From positions 1 through 63,009 of the forward strand of contig JBNGDT010000002.1 of the NCBI GenBank assembly GCA_049975305.1: 63,009 bases of DNA, written 5' to 3'. The position numbers were made by a program, and so were the translations under genes. How positions within the stretch are numbered: the first letter of the stretch is position 1; each line of letters opens with the position of its first letter. This DNA is from Bacteroidales bacterium (GTDB lineage: Bacteria > Bacteroidota > Bacteroidia > Bacteroidales > ML635J-15). This document shows positions 18,637-27,805 of this stretch, piece after piece. The notes beneath the pieces are model-generated. The model was not told the DNA's origin. It saw nothing but the letters and a program-made list of their open reading frames with translations, and ran no database searches.

Positions 18637-20079
18637 ATGCATAACATCAAAACATATTTAATTTTAGCGGGGATAATATTGTGTCTGAACAGCACCGCGT
18701 TTTCCCAACAGGGGCAAACGTTTTATTTCATGGACAGGATTTCGCAAAGCGCTTATATGAATCCCAGCCTGAAACATGATTATGATTATACCATTGGTGG
18801 TTTATTGTTACCCATTGTCGGACAAGTTCCACCAACCATGTATTTCAATTACTCAAACAACGGGTTCGACTACGCCGATTTCATTCATCACGGAACAGGA
18901 AGCCAGGCAGATTCTCTTGTGTATGATCCTGAAAATTTGCTGCAAAACATGAGAAAAACCAATCATCTGCATTTTCAGACGCATTTTGATTTAATCCACG
19001 TCGGAATTAAAACAAAAGATGAGGGATACATGACGTTCAATATCACTGAAAAAATTGATTTTGGTCTTAGTTTACCAAAAGATTTGTTTGGATTGATGTG
19101 GTATGGCAACAATTATTACCGCAAGCAGGATGAAAAAATAGATCTTTCAGGCCTCGGATTTCAATTCATGCATTACCGGGAATTTGCCGGTGGGTTTGCA
19201 ACAGAAGTCATTGATAATTTAGAAGTGGGTGGACGCGGAAAGATCCTTTTTGGTATGGCAAATGCCCAGACGGATATCAATGAACTCAGCCTCTATACAG
19301 GTCAAGATGATTATATGATTACCGCTGTGTCTGACATGGCCATTCATAGTAATATCCCGTTAAGTTTTAATTATTATCATAACGAGGATAGTACCGGCAT
19401 TGAACTTGATGAAGAAGCAATGGATAATTACAACCCGCTTAGTTATCTGTTTAATTTGAGAAATCCGGGATTCGCTTTGGATATCGGTGCAAAATATACT
19501 TACATGGAAGACTATACCGCTTATTTCAGTGTCAATGACCTGGGATTTATCAGTTGGAATGACAATCCTTTTTCTTTGCACTCAGATGGCACATTTGGTT
19601 TCAGGGGCATTGAAGTTGATTTTTTTGAAGATGAAGATGAATTTGAAGAAAACATGGAAGAGTTTGGCGATTCTGTGCTGAATATTTTTGCCCCGGGAGC
19701 AAATGATTATAGCTACATCACATGGTTGCCAACAGATTTGTACCTCGGAGGCCAATATCATTACCATGAAATGCTTGACCTCGGGATGTTGTATCGCATG
19801 GAATTTTACCGTAAAAATGTCATGCATAGTTTTACATTGTCTGCCAATTCCAATTTAACAGGCTGGCTTACTGCGCATTTGAGTTATTCCATTATGAATA
19901 ACAAATTTACCAATGTTGGACTGGGTCTGACCATAAGGGGTGCATTTTTACAATATTACATTGTTACCGATAATCTTTTTGGAGCAATGTTCCCACAGTC
20001 GAGCAGAAATATGAATATCCGGATGGGATGTAACCTTGTTTTCGGGTATAAGGAAATTGTCTCAGAATCCTTATTTTAA
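18637..20079 (+). CDS. Predicted outer-membrane beta-barrel protein of unknown function (PorP/SprF-like N-terminal motif)
   Basis: Signal peptide ...NSTAFSQQ, followed by GQTFYFMDRISQSAYMNPS, which resembles the QQDPQF..Y..NP..NPA start of PorP/SprF-type barrels. Aromatic-rich alternating segments and a C-terminal ...SLF. The family assignment is tentative. Confidence 0.5.
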   Translation: MHNIKTYLILAGIILCLNSTAFSQQGQTFYFMDRISQSAYMNPSLKHDYDYTIGGLLLPIVGQVPPTMYFNYSNNGFDYADFIHHGTGSQADSLVYDPENLLQNMRKTNHLHFQTHFDLIHVGIKTKDEGYMTFNITEKIDFGLSLPKDLFGLMWYGNNYYRKQDEKIDLSGLGFQFMHYREFAGGFATEVIDNLEVGGRGKILFGMANAQTDINELSLYTGQDDYMITAVSDMAIHSNIPLSFNYYHNEDSTGIELDEEAMDNYNPLSYLFNLRNPGFALDIGAKYTYMEDYTAYFSVNDLGFISWNDNPFSLHSDGTFGFRGIEVDFFEDEDEFEENMEEFGDSVLNIFAPGANDYSYITWLPTDLYLGGQYHYHEMLDLGMLYRMEFYRKNVMHSFTLSANSNLTGWLTAHLSYSIMNNKFTNVGLGLTIRGAFLQYYIVTDNLFGAMFPQSSRNMNIRMGCNLVFGYKEIVSESLF

Positions 20080-20107
20080 GGCCCCTTAAGCTGATATATA
20101 TTGAAGT

Positions 20108-22141
20108 ATGAACGAAAGAAGTAAGCTTGAACGCACCATTAAGCTGTTATATTTGATTGGCCTTTGCATACTTGTTGCCAGTATTCCTTTTTCACATCTG
20201 TTTTCCAGCCTTGCTATTGGGTTCATCGGCTTGATATGGCTTGCTGGTGCTTTCGTTTTTCCCTATAAACAGCGTCTTTGGGCAAATTCTGAAGTAGGGT
20301 GGTTTGTTTTGATTTATTTACTTCACCTTATATGGTTGTGGAACACCAGTAATTTTGATTACGCTACTGAAGACCTGAGGAAAAAAATCCCCCTGCTTTT
20401 ATTACCCGTCTTTATTGCATCCCTGCCTGCATTAAATCGTATTGGCAGAAACATTGTCCTCCACGTATTTTTGATAAGTATGTTTGTTTCCGGAATAAGC
20501 ATATTGTTGGCCAAATACGGTCTGGTAGAACATGAAATTAATGAACCCAGAAATTATGCCTTGTTTACAAATCATATTCGCCTGAGTTTAATGATGTCTC
20601 TGGCGATATTTGTTGCCTGGTGGATGTTCAGAAAAACACAATTCACCTATTTGCGTGTTTTGTATCTGATTAGCATAAGCATGAATGTGGCTTCCATGAT
20701 TATTTTGCAGGTGATAACAGGGCTTATTATTACATTCATTACGTTGATTGTTATGATTTTTATATACAGGAAGACCATCCAGGATAAAATTACAAAAAAA
20801 CTGGTTTTTATGTCATTAATTGTTCTGACACTTGTATTAGGTTTTTATGTGGGAAAACAAATACATGAGTTTTATCATTCTGACAATCCATATCCTGAGG
20901 ATTTGAACCTAACAACAAGCCAAGGCTATTATTATAAACACAACATGCATTCCAACCAGCTTGAAAATGGAAATTATGTTTACAGGTTTCTGGCACTGGA
21001 TGAATTGAAAAGAGCGTGGAACCAACGCAGTAACATCAATTATGATTCATTGTGTGAAAATGGTCGCGAACTCAAAAGTGTACTTATCCGTTATTTGACA
21101 TCCAAAGGTGAATTTAAAGATGCAGAAGCGGTGAATGCATTGACTACAAATGAAATAAAGGCTATTGAAGCAGGCGTTACCAATTACAGATTTAAAGATA
21201 AACAAGGCTTAAATGCCAGGATATATGAAATCATCTGGCAGGTTCATGTGTATTTTAACGGCGGAAATCCTTCCGCCAAATCATTGGTGCAACGCATCGT
21301 GTATTTAGAAACAGGTTGGCGTATTGCAATGGAAAATATATTTACCGGTGTTGGAACCGGAGATGTAAACGATAGTTTTAAGCATCAATACATGGAAGAC
21401 AATTCACCGTTGTTGCCAGAATACAGGAGACGTACACACAATCAATACCTAAGCATACTTATTGCCTTTGGTGCCTTTGGTTTTATTTTGTTTTTGCTTG
21501 GGTGGATATTGCCAGTTGTCAGAAAAAATGGCATGAAGAATTATTTGTTTGCCACATTTTTTATCATTGCAAGTCTGAGCATGTTAAATGAAGATACATT
21601 AGAAACTTCTACCGGTGCTTGTTTTGTAGCTTGTTTTTATTCATTATTTTTATGGGGAATTAATCACAAAACTATGTTTCAGGAAAAATTTATGCAAAAA
21701 GCCATTCAGATGGCAAAAGACAACATCCCGTCAGGAAACGGCCCGTTTGGTGCTGTTATCGTGAAAGACGGAGACATTATTGCGGAAGCTTCCAATACTG
21801 TCACACAGACGAATGACCCGACTGCTCATGCAGAAATTAATGCCATTCGCATGGCAACGGAAACGTTAAAAACCTTTGATCTTTCAGGATGCGAAATTTA
21901 CGCCTCTTGTGAACCTTGCCCTATGTGCCTGGGAGCTATTTATTGGGCCAGGCTGGATAAATTGTTTTTTGCTTGCGGCAGGGAAGAAGCTGCAAAGTCA
22001 GGTTTCGACGATGAATTTATTTATAAAGAACTTGGAAAATCAATCCGGGAACGTACTATCCCCACACGACAAATGATGCAGGAGGAAGGAAAAATTGTGT
22101 TTAAAACCTGGAATGATTTCGAAGATAAGATCATGTATTAA
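20108..22141 (+). CDS. O-antigen-ligase-like (Wzy_C/WaaL family) polytopic membrane protein fused in frame to a CMP/dCMP-type zinc deaminase (guanine-deaminase-like)
   Basis: About 10-12 hydrophobic helices and the ligase-type motif RRTHNQYLSILIAFGAFGFILFL. From ATG 21674 there is a complete 155-aa deaminase: GPFGAVIVKDGDIIAEA, TAHAEINAIR, CEPCPMCLGAIYWA. No stop codon separates the two parts. Confidence 0.7.
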   Translation: MNERSKLERTIKLLYLIGLCILVASIPFSHLFSSLAIGFIGLIWLAGAFVFPYKQRLWANSEVGWFVLIYLLHLIWLWNTSNFDYATEDLRKKIPLLLLPVFIASLPALNRIGRNIVLHVFLISMFVSGISILLAKYGLVEHEINEPRNYALFTNHIRLSLMMSLAIFVAWWMFRKTQFTYLRVLYLISISMNVASMIILQVITGLIITFITLIVMIFIYRKTIQDKITKKLVFMSLIVLTLVLGFYVGKQIHEFYHSDNPYPEDLNLTTSQGYYYKHNMHSNQLENGNYVYRFLALDELKRAWNQRSNINYDSLCENGRELKSVLIRYLTSKGEFKDAEAVNALTTNEIKAIEAGVTNYRFKDKQGLNARIYEIIWQVHVYFNGGNPSAKSLVQRIVYLETGWRIAMENIFTGVGTGDVNDSFKHQYMEDNSPLLPEYRRRTHNQYLSILIAFGAFGFILFLLGWILPVVRKNGMKNYLFATFFIIASLSMLNEDTLETSTGACFVACFYSLFLWGINHKTMFQEKFMQKAIQMAKDNIPSGNGPFGAVIVKDGDIIAEASNTVTQTNDPTAHAEINAIRMATETLKTFDLSGCEIYASCEPCPMCLGAIYWARLDKLFFACGREEAAKSGFDDEFIYKELGKSIRERTIPTRQMMQEEGKIVFKTWNDFEDKIMY

Positions 22142-22246
22142 TCAGGGAGAATCATGATTAATACAGTATGTGTTAATTTAGTGCCAGGTAATTCATTGGT
22201 TTAATCACACCGGGCACAACAGAAAACCGGTCAAAAAGTAAATTGT

Positions 22247-22777
22247 TTGCTTGTGAAAAACCACCAAAAATTAAAAGATGATTATTTCACCAGGGATGTG
22301 CTTGAGTTAGCACCTGATTTGCTTGGAAAAATTATAGTGGTAAAAAACAATAACAACACAGCACAATTTCGTATCACAGAAACGGAAGCATACCGTGGTG
22401 AAGAGGACATGGCCTGTCATGCCAAAAAAGGACGAACAAAAAGAACAGACCCCATGTATTACCCTGGTGGCATATTATACATATACCTTATATATGGGAT
22501 GTATTGGATGATGAATATCGTGGCTGGCAAAAATAATTTACCACAGGCCGTACTGATAAGAGGTGTAGATAACATAAAAGGACCGGGAAAAGTTACCAAA
22601 ACACTGGGCATCGACAAAAGTTATAATTATGAAAATCTCAGTACATCCAAACGAATATACCTGCTTGATGATGGTTTGCAACCAACATTTTCATGCGCAC
22701 CCAGGGTGGGAATAAATTATGCAGGGGAATACTGGGGAAACCTTGAATGGCGGTTTATATTAAATCCAACTCAATAA
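22247..22777 (+). CDS. DNA-3-methyladenine glycosylase (AAG/Mpg family)
   Basis: Motifs DLLGKIIV, ITETEAYRGEEDMACHA, PGGILYIYLIYGMYWMMN, AVLIRG and GPGKVTKTLGID. The start is non-ATG (TTG 22247 or GTG 22253). The 3' end overlaps convergent purN by 23 nt. Confidence 0.8.
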   Translation: MLVKNHQKLKDDYFTRDVLELAPDLLGKIIVVKNNNNTAQFRITETEAYRGEEDMACHAKKGRTKRTDPMYYPGGILYIYLIYGMYWMMNIVAGKNNLPQAVLIRGVDNIKGPGKVTKTLGIDKSYNYENLSTSKRIYLLDDGLQPTFSCAPRVGINYAGEYWGNLEWRFILNPTQ

Positions 22778-23330
22778 GGTGTTCAATGCATTGTGGATAA
22801 TATCGGTATTCCAGTTTGTGTATCCTTTCTGCAAGCGTTTCGGGCGTGTCATTGGAATACACAGGGCATTGTACCTGTAAAATTATATTTCCTTCATCGT
22901 ATTTTTCATTCACGTAATGTATGCTAATCCCGCTTTTTGTCTCCTTGTTTTGCAATACTAACTTGTGTACCTTATCTCCATACATGCCTTTTCCGCCGTA
23001 TTTTGGCAATAATGCAGGATGGATGTTAATAATGCGGTTTTTGTAAGTATGCACAAGTTTTGAAGGAATTAATGCTAAAAAACCGGCCAGCACAATCAAA
23101 TCAATATTATAATCTGATAAATACCTGATAAGAAAATCATCGTCTTTCACCTTTTTATTTTCAATAAAATCATGCTTAATTCCAAGCTTTTTGGCTTTAT
23201 AAAGTACGCCGGATTCCTTTTTATTGCTAAGTATCAATGACATCCTAACGGCCTGATTATCTGTAAAATAGGTGACTATATTTTCAGCATTTGTCCCTGC
23301 TCCTGAAGCAAAAATTGCAATATTTTTCAT
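22755..23330 (-). CDS. purN: Phosphoribosylglycinamide formyltransferase
   Basis: IAIFASGAGTNAENI N-terminus, DLIVLAGF, IINIHPALLPKYGGKGMYG..VH. 191 aa. Confidence 0.9.
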   Translation of the reverse strand: MKNIAIFASGAGTNAENIVTYFTDNQAVRMSLILSNKKESGVLYKAKKLGIKHDFIENKKVKDDDFLIRYLSDYNIDLIVLAGFLALIPSKLVHTYKNRIINIHPALLPKYGGKGMYGDKVHKLVLQNKETKSGISIHYVNEKYDEGNIILQVQCPVYSNDTPETLAERIHKLEYRYYPQCIEHLIELDLI

Positions 23331-23407
23331 GGGTTAATGTTTAAGATTCAAAATAAAACAATTATATCTTATCAAAAAAGTGCCAATTTATTTGGAATTA
23401 TAATTTA

Positions 23408-23415
23408 TAAATTTG
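23408..23415 (+). promoter_or_regulatory. Candidate Bacteroidota -7 promoter box (TAnnTTTG) upstream of acpP
   Basis: TAAATTTG lies 56 nt upstream of the acpP ATG. The consensus TAnnTTTG is the established primary-sigma -7 element in Bacteroidetes. Confidence 0.35.
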
Positions 23416-23470
23416 TTTCTTTGTAAGCTCAAAACAAAATTAGTATTATTAACATAAAAATATAATAACT

Positions 23471-23707
23471 ATGTCTGATTTTGCATCTAAAGTAAAAAGT
23501 ATCATCGTTGACAAATTAGGTGTTGACGAAAACGAGGTAACTCCAGAAGCCAGTTTCACAAATGACCTGGGCGCTGATTCACTGGATACAGTAGAACTTA
23601 TTATGGAACTTGAAAAAGAATTTGACATTTCAATTCCAGACGAAGAAGCAGAAAAAATTGGTACTGTTGGTGATGCCATCAAATACATTGAAGAAAACAC
23701 AAGGTAA
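23471..23707 (+). CDS. acpP: Acyl carrier protein
   Basis: [19 protein letters not shown] contains the phosphopantetheine-attachment Ser. 78 aa. Confidence 0.95.
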   Translation: MSDFASKVKSIIVDKLGVDENEVTPEASFTNDLGADSLDTVELIMELEKEFDISIPDEEAEKIGTVGDAIKYIEENTR

Positions 23708-23734
23708 AACTATTAATTTCTGAAATTCCAATTT

Positions 23735-24991
23735 ATGGATTTAAAACGTGTCGTTGTAACAGGCATGGGTGCTGTTACACCCATAGGAAACAATGTTCAT
23801 GATCTTTGGGAAGCAGCGTCGCATGGAAAATCTGGTTCTGACTGGATTACCCATTTCGATGCTTCAGCTTTCAAGACAAAGTTTGCTTGTGAAGTTAAAA
23901 ACTTTGATCCCAAAGCACACATTGATCATAAATTGGTCCGCAAAATGGATCGTTTTACCCAGTATGCCATGGTATCAGTGGCTGAAGCCCTAAAAAATTC
24001 AAATCTTTTGGAAGATGACAATCTTGATAAAGATAATGTTGGTGTTATCTGGGCATCGGGAATCGGGGGGCTGGATACCCTCATTGATGAATTAAAAAAT
24101 TTCATCATGAATGACATGAAACCCCGATTCAGTCCGTTTTTTATACCTAAAATAATATCGGATATCGCAGCAGGATACATCAGTATGAATTATGGATTCA
24201 GGGGTCCGAATTTTTCTACTGTTTCAGCTTGTGCATCCTCTTCCAGTGCTATCATTGATGCACTTAATTACATCCGCCTCGGGAAAGCCGATGCTTTTGT
24301 AACAGGAGGATCTGAATCAGCTATTAATGAAGCAGGAGTTGGTGGTTTTGGTTCTATGCAGGCAATTTCCAGAAACAACGATGAGTACAAAACAGCGTCC
24401 CGTCCATTCTGTGCTACACGTGATGGATTTGTTATGGGTGAAGGCGGCGGAGCCATTATTCTCGAAGAATATGAACACGCTGTAAAACGCGGCGCGCCCA
24501 TTTATGCTGAAATTATTGGCGGGGGAATGTCTGCTGATGCACATCACATTACTGCTCCTGACCCGGAAGGGAGTGGTGCTGCTCTCGTTATGAAAAGAGC
24601 ACTGGAAGATGCCGGGATTGAACCGAAGAAGGTGGATTATATCAATGTTCATGGTACCGCAACACCAACAGGTGATGTTGCTGAAATAAAAGGCATTTAT
24701 TCTGTTTTTGGGGACCACAGTTTTGAGATGAATTTAAGTGCTACCAAATCCATGACTGGACACTTGCTTGGCGCTGCCGGATCTCTGGAATCAATTATGT
24801 GTATCCTGGCAATAAATAACAGCCTCATTCCACCAACCATCAACCATCAGAAATGGGATGAAAACATTGATAAGCGCTTTAACCTGACACTGCATGAAGC
24901 ACAGAAAAAAACCATCAAATATGCCATGAGCAATACCTTTGGTTTTGGAGGACATAATACGTCTTTAATATTTAAGGCTTTTGATAATTAA
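23735..24991 (+). CDS. fabF: Beta-ketoacyl-ACP synthase II
   Basis: Active-site Cys in VSACASS, His motifs in HGTATPTGD and GHLLGAAG, and FGFGGHN at the C-terminus. Confidence 0.95.
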   Translation: MDLKRVVVTGMGAVTPIGNNVHDLWEAASHGKSGSDWITHFDASAFKTKFACEVKNFDPKAHIDHKLVRKMDRFTQYAMVSVAEALKNSNLLEDDNLDKDNVGVIWASGIGGLDTLIDELKNFIMNDMKPRFSPFFIPKIISDIAAGYISMNYGFRGPNFSTVSACASSSSAIIDALNYIRLGKADAFVTGGSESAINEAGVGGFGSMQAISRNNDEYKTASRPFCATRDGFVMGEGGGAIILEEYEHAVKRGAPIYAEIIGGGMSADAHHITAPDPEGSGAALVMKRALEDAGIEPKKVDYINVHGTATPTGDVAEIKGIYSVFGDHSFEMNLSATKSMTGHLLGAAGSLESIMCILAINNSLIPPTINHQKWDENIDKRFNLTLHEAQKKTIKYAMSNTFGFGGHNTSLIFKAFDN

Positions 24992-25006
24992 CTAAATTCA
25001 GAGATT

Positions 25007-25726
25007 TTGTCAAAGTGGCTGAAACGTTTGTTTTTGTACAATAAAGAACAAAGGCATTTGCTTTTTCGGCTCAAAAAACTATTGGGGGTTTTTCCAACGG
25101 ATTTGTCTTTTTATCAAATTGCCCTGCGACACAAATCTGCCACTATCGTAACGCCTGAACACAAAATTAACAACGAGCGACTTGAATTCCTTGGTGATGC
25201 TGTTATTGATCTTGTTATTTCTGATTATCTGTACCGGACATACCCTGACAATGATGAAGGAACTCTGAGTTTGATGAGGGCAAATATGGTGCAGCGAAAA
25301 ACCATGAATGAGCTTGCTATTTCTGTGGGAATCCCTGATTTGCTTGTCACGGGAGATAATGCATGCGGACAAACAAAAAACATATTCGGCAATGCTCTTG
25401 AAGCATTGGCTGGAGCTGTATATATTGACAGGGGGTACGTTTATTGCAAGCATTTTATTGAAAAAATATTTATTTCTGAATTTAATCAGCATAAATCACT
25501 GCAGGTAGAATATGATCATAAATCTTCCCTGTTTCATTTGGTTCAAGAAAAAAAATGGGAAGTAGATTTTGACACCTTTGAACAAATTGAATCCAATGAA
25601 TCTCATACGCATTTTGAATCCCATGTTTTAATCAATAAAAAATATATTTCTAAAGGAAAAGGATGGTCAAAGAAAGAAGCAGAACAAAATGCCGCTATGA
25701 AAGCACTTGATAAACTGTTGATTTAA
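25007..25726 (+). CDS. rnc: Ribonuclease III
   Basis: RNase III signature ERLEFLGDAV and a C-terminal dsRNA-binding domain (GKGWSKKEAEQNAAMKAL). The start is probably TTG 25007, because there is no in-frame ATG before the conserved N-terminus. Confidence 0.9.
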   Translation: MSKWLKRLFLYNKEQRHLLFRLKKLLGVFPTDLSFYQIALRHKSATIVTPEHKINNERLEFLGDAVIDLVISDYLYRTYPDNDEGTLSLMRANMVQRKTMNELAISVGIPDLLVTGDNACGQTKNIFGNALEALAGAVYIDRGYVYCKHFIEKIFISEFNQHKSLQVEYDHKSSLFHLVQEKKWEVDFDTFEQIESNESHTHFESHVLINKKYISKGKGWSKKEAEQNAAMKALDKLLI

Positions 25727-25759
25727 TCGTATCTTTACCACAAAAGAAAACGACTGCCT

Positions 25760-26179
25760 GTGCCAAAAGAAAAACGCCTGAAATACGTTCCGGTTACTGA
25801 TTTTAAATTGATTGCAATAGCTTCCAGTGAAGATGCTTACAGGCTGTCATGGGTCATTAATCAGTTGTTTGGTATCCAATTAAAACGAACTGACCCACTC
25901 CGTGTTTGGGACGAAAAAACAGAAAATCACAGGGAATTTGTGTGCTATATATATACGAGTGCATCACAACAAAGCATTTGCAGATTGATATCCAACAAAT
26001 CAGAATCAGGGTTTTTGGACAAAACATACAGCCAGTTTGATTACCTGTTTCAATTCAGGCATTTGCATGGTGTAAAATCAGATGAAGTGGTTGAACTACT
26101 GAAAAACCAAAAAGATATTTTAGTGGCAGTAGAAATTATTGCCTCAAACAATGACTTGACACAAAAATTGATGATATAA
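25760..26179 (+). CDS. IPExxxVDY-family protein (Bacteroidota-specific, function unknown)
   Basis: LISNKSESGFLDKTYSQFDYLF corresponds to the family's LISNK..G.LIPE...VDY core, with a degenerate IPE. GTG start. The position downstream of rnc is typical of the family. Confidence 0.55.
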   Translation: MPKEKRLKYVPVTDFKLIAIASSEDAYRLSWVINQLFGIQLKRTDPLRVWDEKTENHREFVCYIYTSASQQSICRLISNKSESGFLDKTYSQFDYLFQFRHLHGVKSDEVVELLKNQKDILVAVEIIASNNDLTQKLMI

Positions 26180-26192
26180 AAAATTGTTACTC

Positions 26193-27245
26193 ATGGATAC
26201 ATTGAATTTTGAATTATTGAAAAAAATAAGTGAAGCATCAGGAATCAGTGGGTTTGAGACTGAAATACGGAACCTGATTCGCAGTGAAATTCAAGGCTGG
26301 GTTGATGATATCAGCATTGATAATATGGGCAACCTGACTGCTTTTAGAAAAGGAGATGAACGAAAAAAGCTAATGATAGCAGCTCATATGGATGAGATTG
26401 GATTTATCGTTACCCACCTTGAAGACAATGGTTTTTTGAGGTTTACCAGTATAGGAGGCTTTGATCCCAAAACGCTTACCTCTCAACGGGTTGTGGTTCA
26501 CGGAAAAAAGGATGTTGTCGGGGTGATGGGTTCTAAACCAATCCATGTTATGGATGCTGAAGAAAAAAAGAAAAACCCCAAGATTAAAGATTTTTTTATT
26601 GATACCGGCATGAGCAAAGAAGCCCTGGAAAAATTGGTGGAACCAGGAAATGCTGTTACCCGCGAAAGAAATTGCATCCAAATGGGAGATTGTTACAACG
26701 GAAAATCCCTTGACAACAGGGTGTCGGTTTTTGTGCTCATAGAAGCCCTGAAAGCGTTAAAAGGAAAACAATTACCATACGATTTATATGCCGTTTTTAC
26801 CGTCCAGGAAGAAGTAGGCCTAAGGGGCGCCCATGTTGCCAGCTTGCAGATTGAACCTGATTTTGGCATTGGACTGGATACTACCATTGCCTATGATGTG
26901 CCGGGGGCCCAACCCCATGAAATGGTAACGCGTTTGGGCGAAGGTACGGCCATAAAACTTATGGATTCGTCTGCCATTGCTGATCAGCGTATGATAAGCT
27001 TTATGAAAGAAACCGCCAAACGTAACAAAATTAAATATCAGACTGAAATTCTTGACGCGGGTGGTACGGATACTGCTTTTATTCAGCGAATGAACAAAAG
27101 CGGGGCTATTGTCGGAGCTGTTTCAATACCAACACGGCACATTCATCAGGTGGTGGAATCTGTACATAAAGATGATGTCAAAGCAAGCATTGAATTACTG
27201 GTAGCCTGTATATTGGAAATGCATAAAGGAAACTGGGAATATTAA
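26193..27245 (+). CDS. M42-family metallopeptidase (glutamyl aminopeptidase / FrvX-like)
   Basis: Motifs AAHMDEIGF, SLDNRVS and QEEVGLRGA. First ATG at 26193; the ORF track starts at TTG 26184. Confidence 0.85.
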   Translation: MDTLNFELLKKISEASGISGFETEIRNLIRSEIQGWVDDISIDNMGNLTAFRKGDERKKLMIAAHMDEIGFIVTHLEDNGFLRFTSIGGFDPKTLTSQRVVVHGKKDVVGVMGSKPIHVMDAEEKKKNPKIKDFFIDTGMSKEALEKLVEPGNAVTRERNCIQMGDCYNGKSLDNRVSVFVLIEALKALKGKQLPYDLYAVFTVQEEVGLRGAHVASLQIEPDFGIGLDTTIAYDVPGAQPHEMVTRLGEGTAIKLMDSSAIADQRMISFMKETAKRNKIKYQTEILDAGGTDTAFIQRMNKSGAIVGAVSIPTRHIHQVVESVHKDDVKASIELLVACILEMHKGNWEY

Positions 27246-27247
27246 AA

Positions 27248-27308
27248 GTTCAAAATTCAAAATTCAAAGTTCAAAATAATGTCCAAAATTTAAAATTAAA
27301 AATTCAAA
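27248..27308 (+). repeat. Tandem 7-nt word array (RTTCAAA x4, then 4 degenerate units): left arm of the inverted arrays around the four-helix-bundle ORF
   Basis: 27248-27275 reads GTTCAAA ATTCAAA ATTCAAA GTTCAAA. 27281-27308 reads GTCCAAA ATTTAAA ATTAAAA ATTCAAA. Confidence 0.85.
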
Positions 27309-27315
27309 ACATGCA

Positions 27316-27684
27316 ATGAAAGAAAATAAAAAACCATATGATTTACACGAGAGAATATTATTATTTTCAAAAAGAATTCTTGAAATATGCAAATTATTGC
27401 CTCCATTACCTGAATGTAACAGAATAAGAGGACAATTGGGTGGTGCGGGAACATCTATTGGGGCCAATTATAAAGAAGCAGACGGATCAATAACCAAAAA
27501 GGACTTCATTAATAAACTTGCGATATCAAGAAAAGAGGCAAAAGAAACAAGATATTTTCTACGCATCATAAGTGGAACTTATCTTGTTCCTGCCAAAATA
27601 GAAAAAGACATACAGGAATCAGAAAAGATAATTAATATCCTAAGCAGAATGATAAACAAGTCAACAGGTGGAAAAAGAAGTTAA
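27316..27684 (+). CDS. Four-helix-bundle protein (23S rRNA intervening-sequence protein / DGR Avd family)
   Basis: The 122-aa ORF carries the family-typical motifs QLGGAGTSIGANYKEA and ISRKEAKETRYFLRI. Confidence 0.8.
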   Translation: MKENKKPYDLHERILLFSKRILEICKLLPPLPECNRIRGQLGGAGTSIGANYKEADGSITKKDFINKLAISRKEAKETRYFLRIISGTYLVPAKIEKDIQESEKIINILSRMINKSTGGKRS

Positions 27685-27765
27685 TCATGTGGTAGCAGTT
27701 TTGAATCTGTCTTCACTGTCCGGTAGAGCGGTAGCGGAGACGGATAAATTTACGCCGGATGAAGC

Positions 27766-27805
27766 TTTGGAAGTTGGGTTTTATTTTGGATTTTGAACTT
27801 TGGAA
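27766..27805 (+). repeat. Tandem 7-nt word array (TTTGRAN): right arm, reverse complement of 27248-27308
   Basis: TTTGGAA GTTGGGT (5-nt break) TTTGGAT TTTGAAC TTTGGAA. 27790-27809 pairs with 27259-27277 (19 bp, one bulge), and 27783-27789 pairs with 27283-27289. Confidence 0.85.

Noticed and set aside
22755-22777. 23-nt overlap of convergent mpg-like and purN 3' ends, and the 1-nt gap between convergent aspS and S46 peptidase stops (48676/48678)
   Set aside because: These are consistent with the general compactness of this genome. Both partners have intact conserved C-termini, so I see no sign of frameshift or mis-assembly.
27248-27308. Short tandem repeat arrays (here and at 57261-57362, 44171-44287 and 58621-58775) as CRISPR arrays
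   Set aside because: The units are 7-8 nt and directly abutting with no spacers. The arrays occur as inverted pairs, and no cas genes are present.
27316-27684. Four-helix-bundle ORF as the Avd component of a diversity-generating retroelement
   Set aside because: The window contains no reverse transcriptase gene and no template/variable repeat pair differing at adenines.
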